A DNA stretch of 64,000 nucleotides, from assembly GCF_001194135.2 (NCBI RefSeq), contig NC_068982.1, positions 68,661,262 to 68,725,261 of the forward strand. The letters are read 5' to 3'. The position numbers and the translations under genes were made by a program. The notes below the pieces were generated by a model. It did not search any database. It saw nothing but the letters and a program-made list of their open reading frames with translations, and was not told the origin of the DNA. This DNA is from Octopus bimaculoides. Its lineage: Eukaryota. Positions 63,558 to 64,000 of this stretch are shown piece by piece; the stretch's first letter is position 1, and each line of letters begins with the position of its first letter.

Positions 63558-64000
63558 AATATATATATATATATAAAACAAAGTTATTTTATTCCACACA
63601 GGTAGAAATATAGGATAAGTAGAAGTTGAAAATGCACTGAGAATACTCAAAATATTTTTTATCAATATATCTGAAGCTTTAGCCAAATTCACAGTTTACT
63701 CTGATCTTCAAAAAGTTAAATAGAAAGACGTGGCTTATGTTGCAGCTGCCTTGCTTCTGACTAGTGTTGGAAGTTTGCCCTATTTTTATAGGGAGTTCAT
63801 AACTCAAATTAGTATATGTTCTGAATGGGATTTGATTGTCTTAGAAATTTTTGTAGGTTTCTTGCTACATCTGTGTGTTAGTATGAAGTGACAATGTTTG
63901 GCGGTGTAAGTTAATTCTGACACAGTTGACTGAAGAAGTCTAAACAGTCAATGCTCTGAATGTTTTCTGTCAAGTGTTTGTAGAGAATGAACACATAATT

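Overview
AT-rich animal genomic DNA with seven N-gaps. It is rich in (TA)n, (TG)n, (AAT)n and (GAT)n microsatellites, tRNA-derived SINEs and RTE-LINE debris; this repeat landscape looks like an octopus (inference). Three housekeeping genes are well supported. (1) STRAP/unrip on +: six coding exons at 15182-29095, with the first coding exon not found in the window. (2) NDUFB8 on -: five exons, 41940 to 33258, 196 aa, convergent with STRAP. (3) SNW1/SKIP/Prp45 on -: an intact 537-aa ORF with no coding introns at 54008-55621. The rest is transposon-derived: two dead full-length mariners, a head-to-head mariner foldback, a probable non-autonomous Helitron, piggyBac-like MITEs, and RTE, R4-like, CR1/L2-like, Penelope-like and Gypsy remnants. 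I found no convincing new multi-gene system. The best leads are the intronless SNW1 (retrogene candidate) and its promoter, the mariner foldback carrying RFX X-box-like motifs, and long inverted repeats in STRAP introns that could form dsRNA. All alignments were done by eye.
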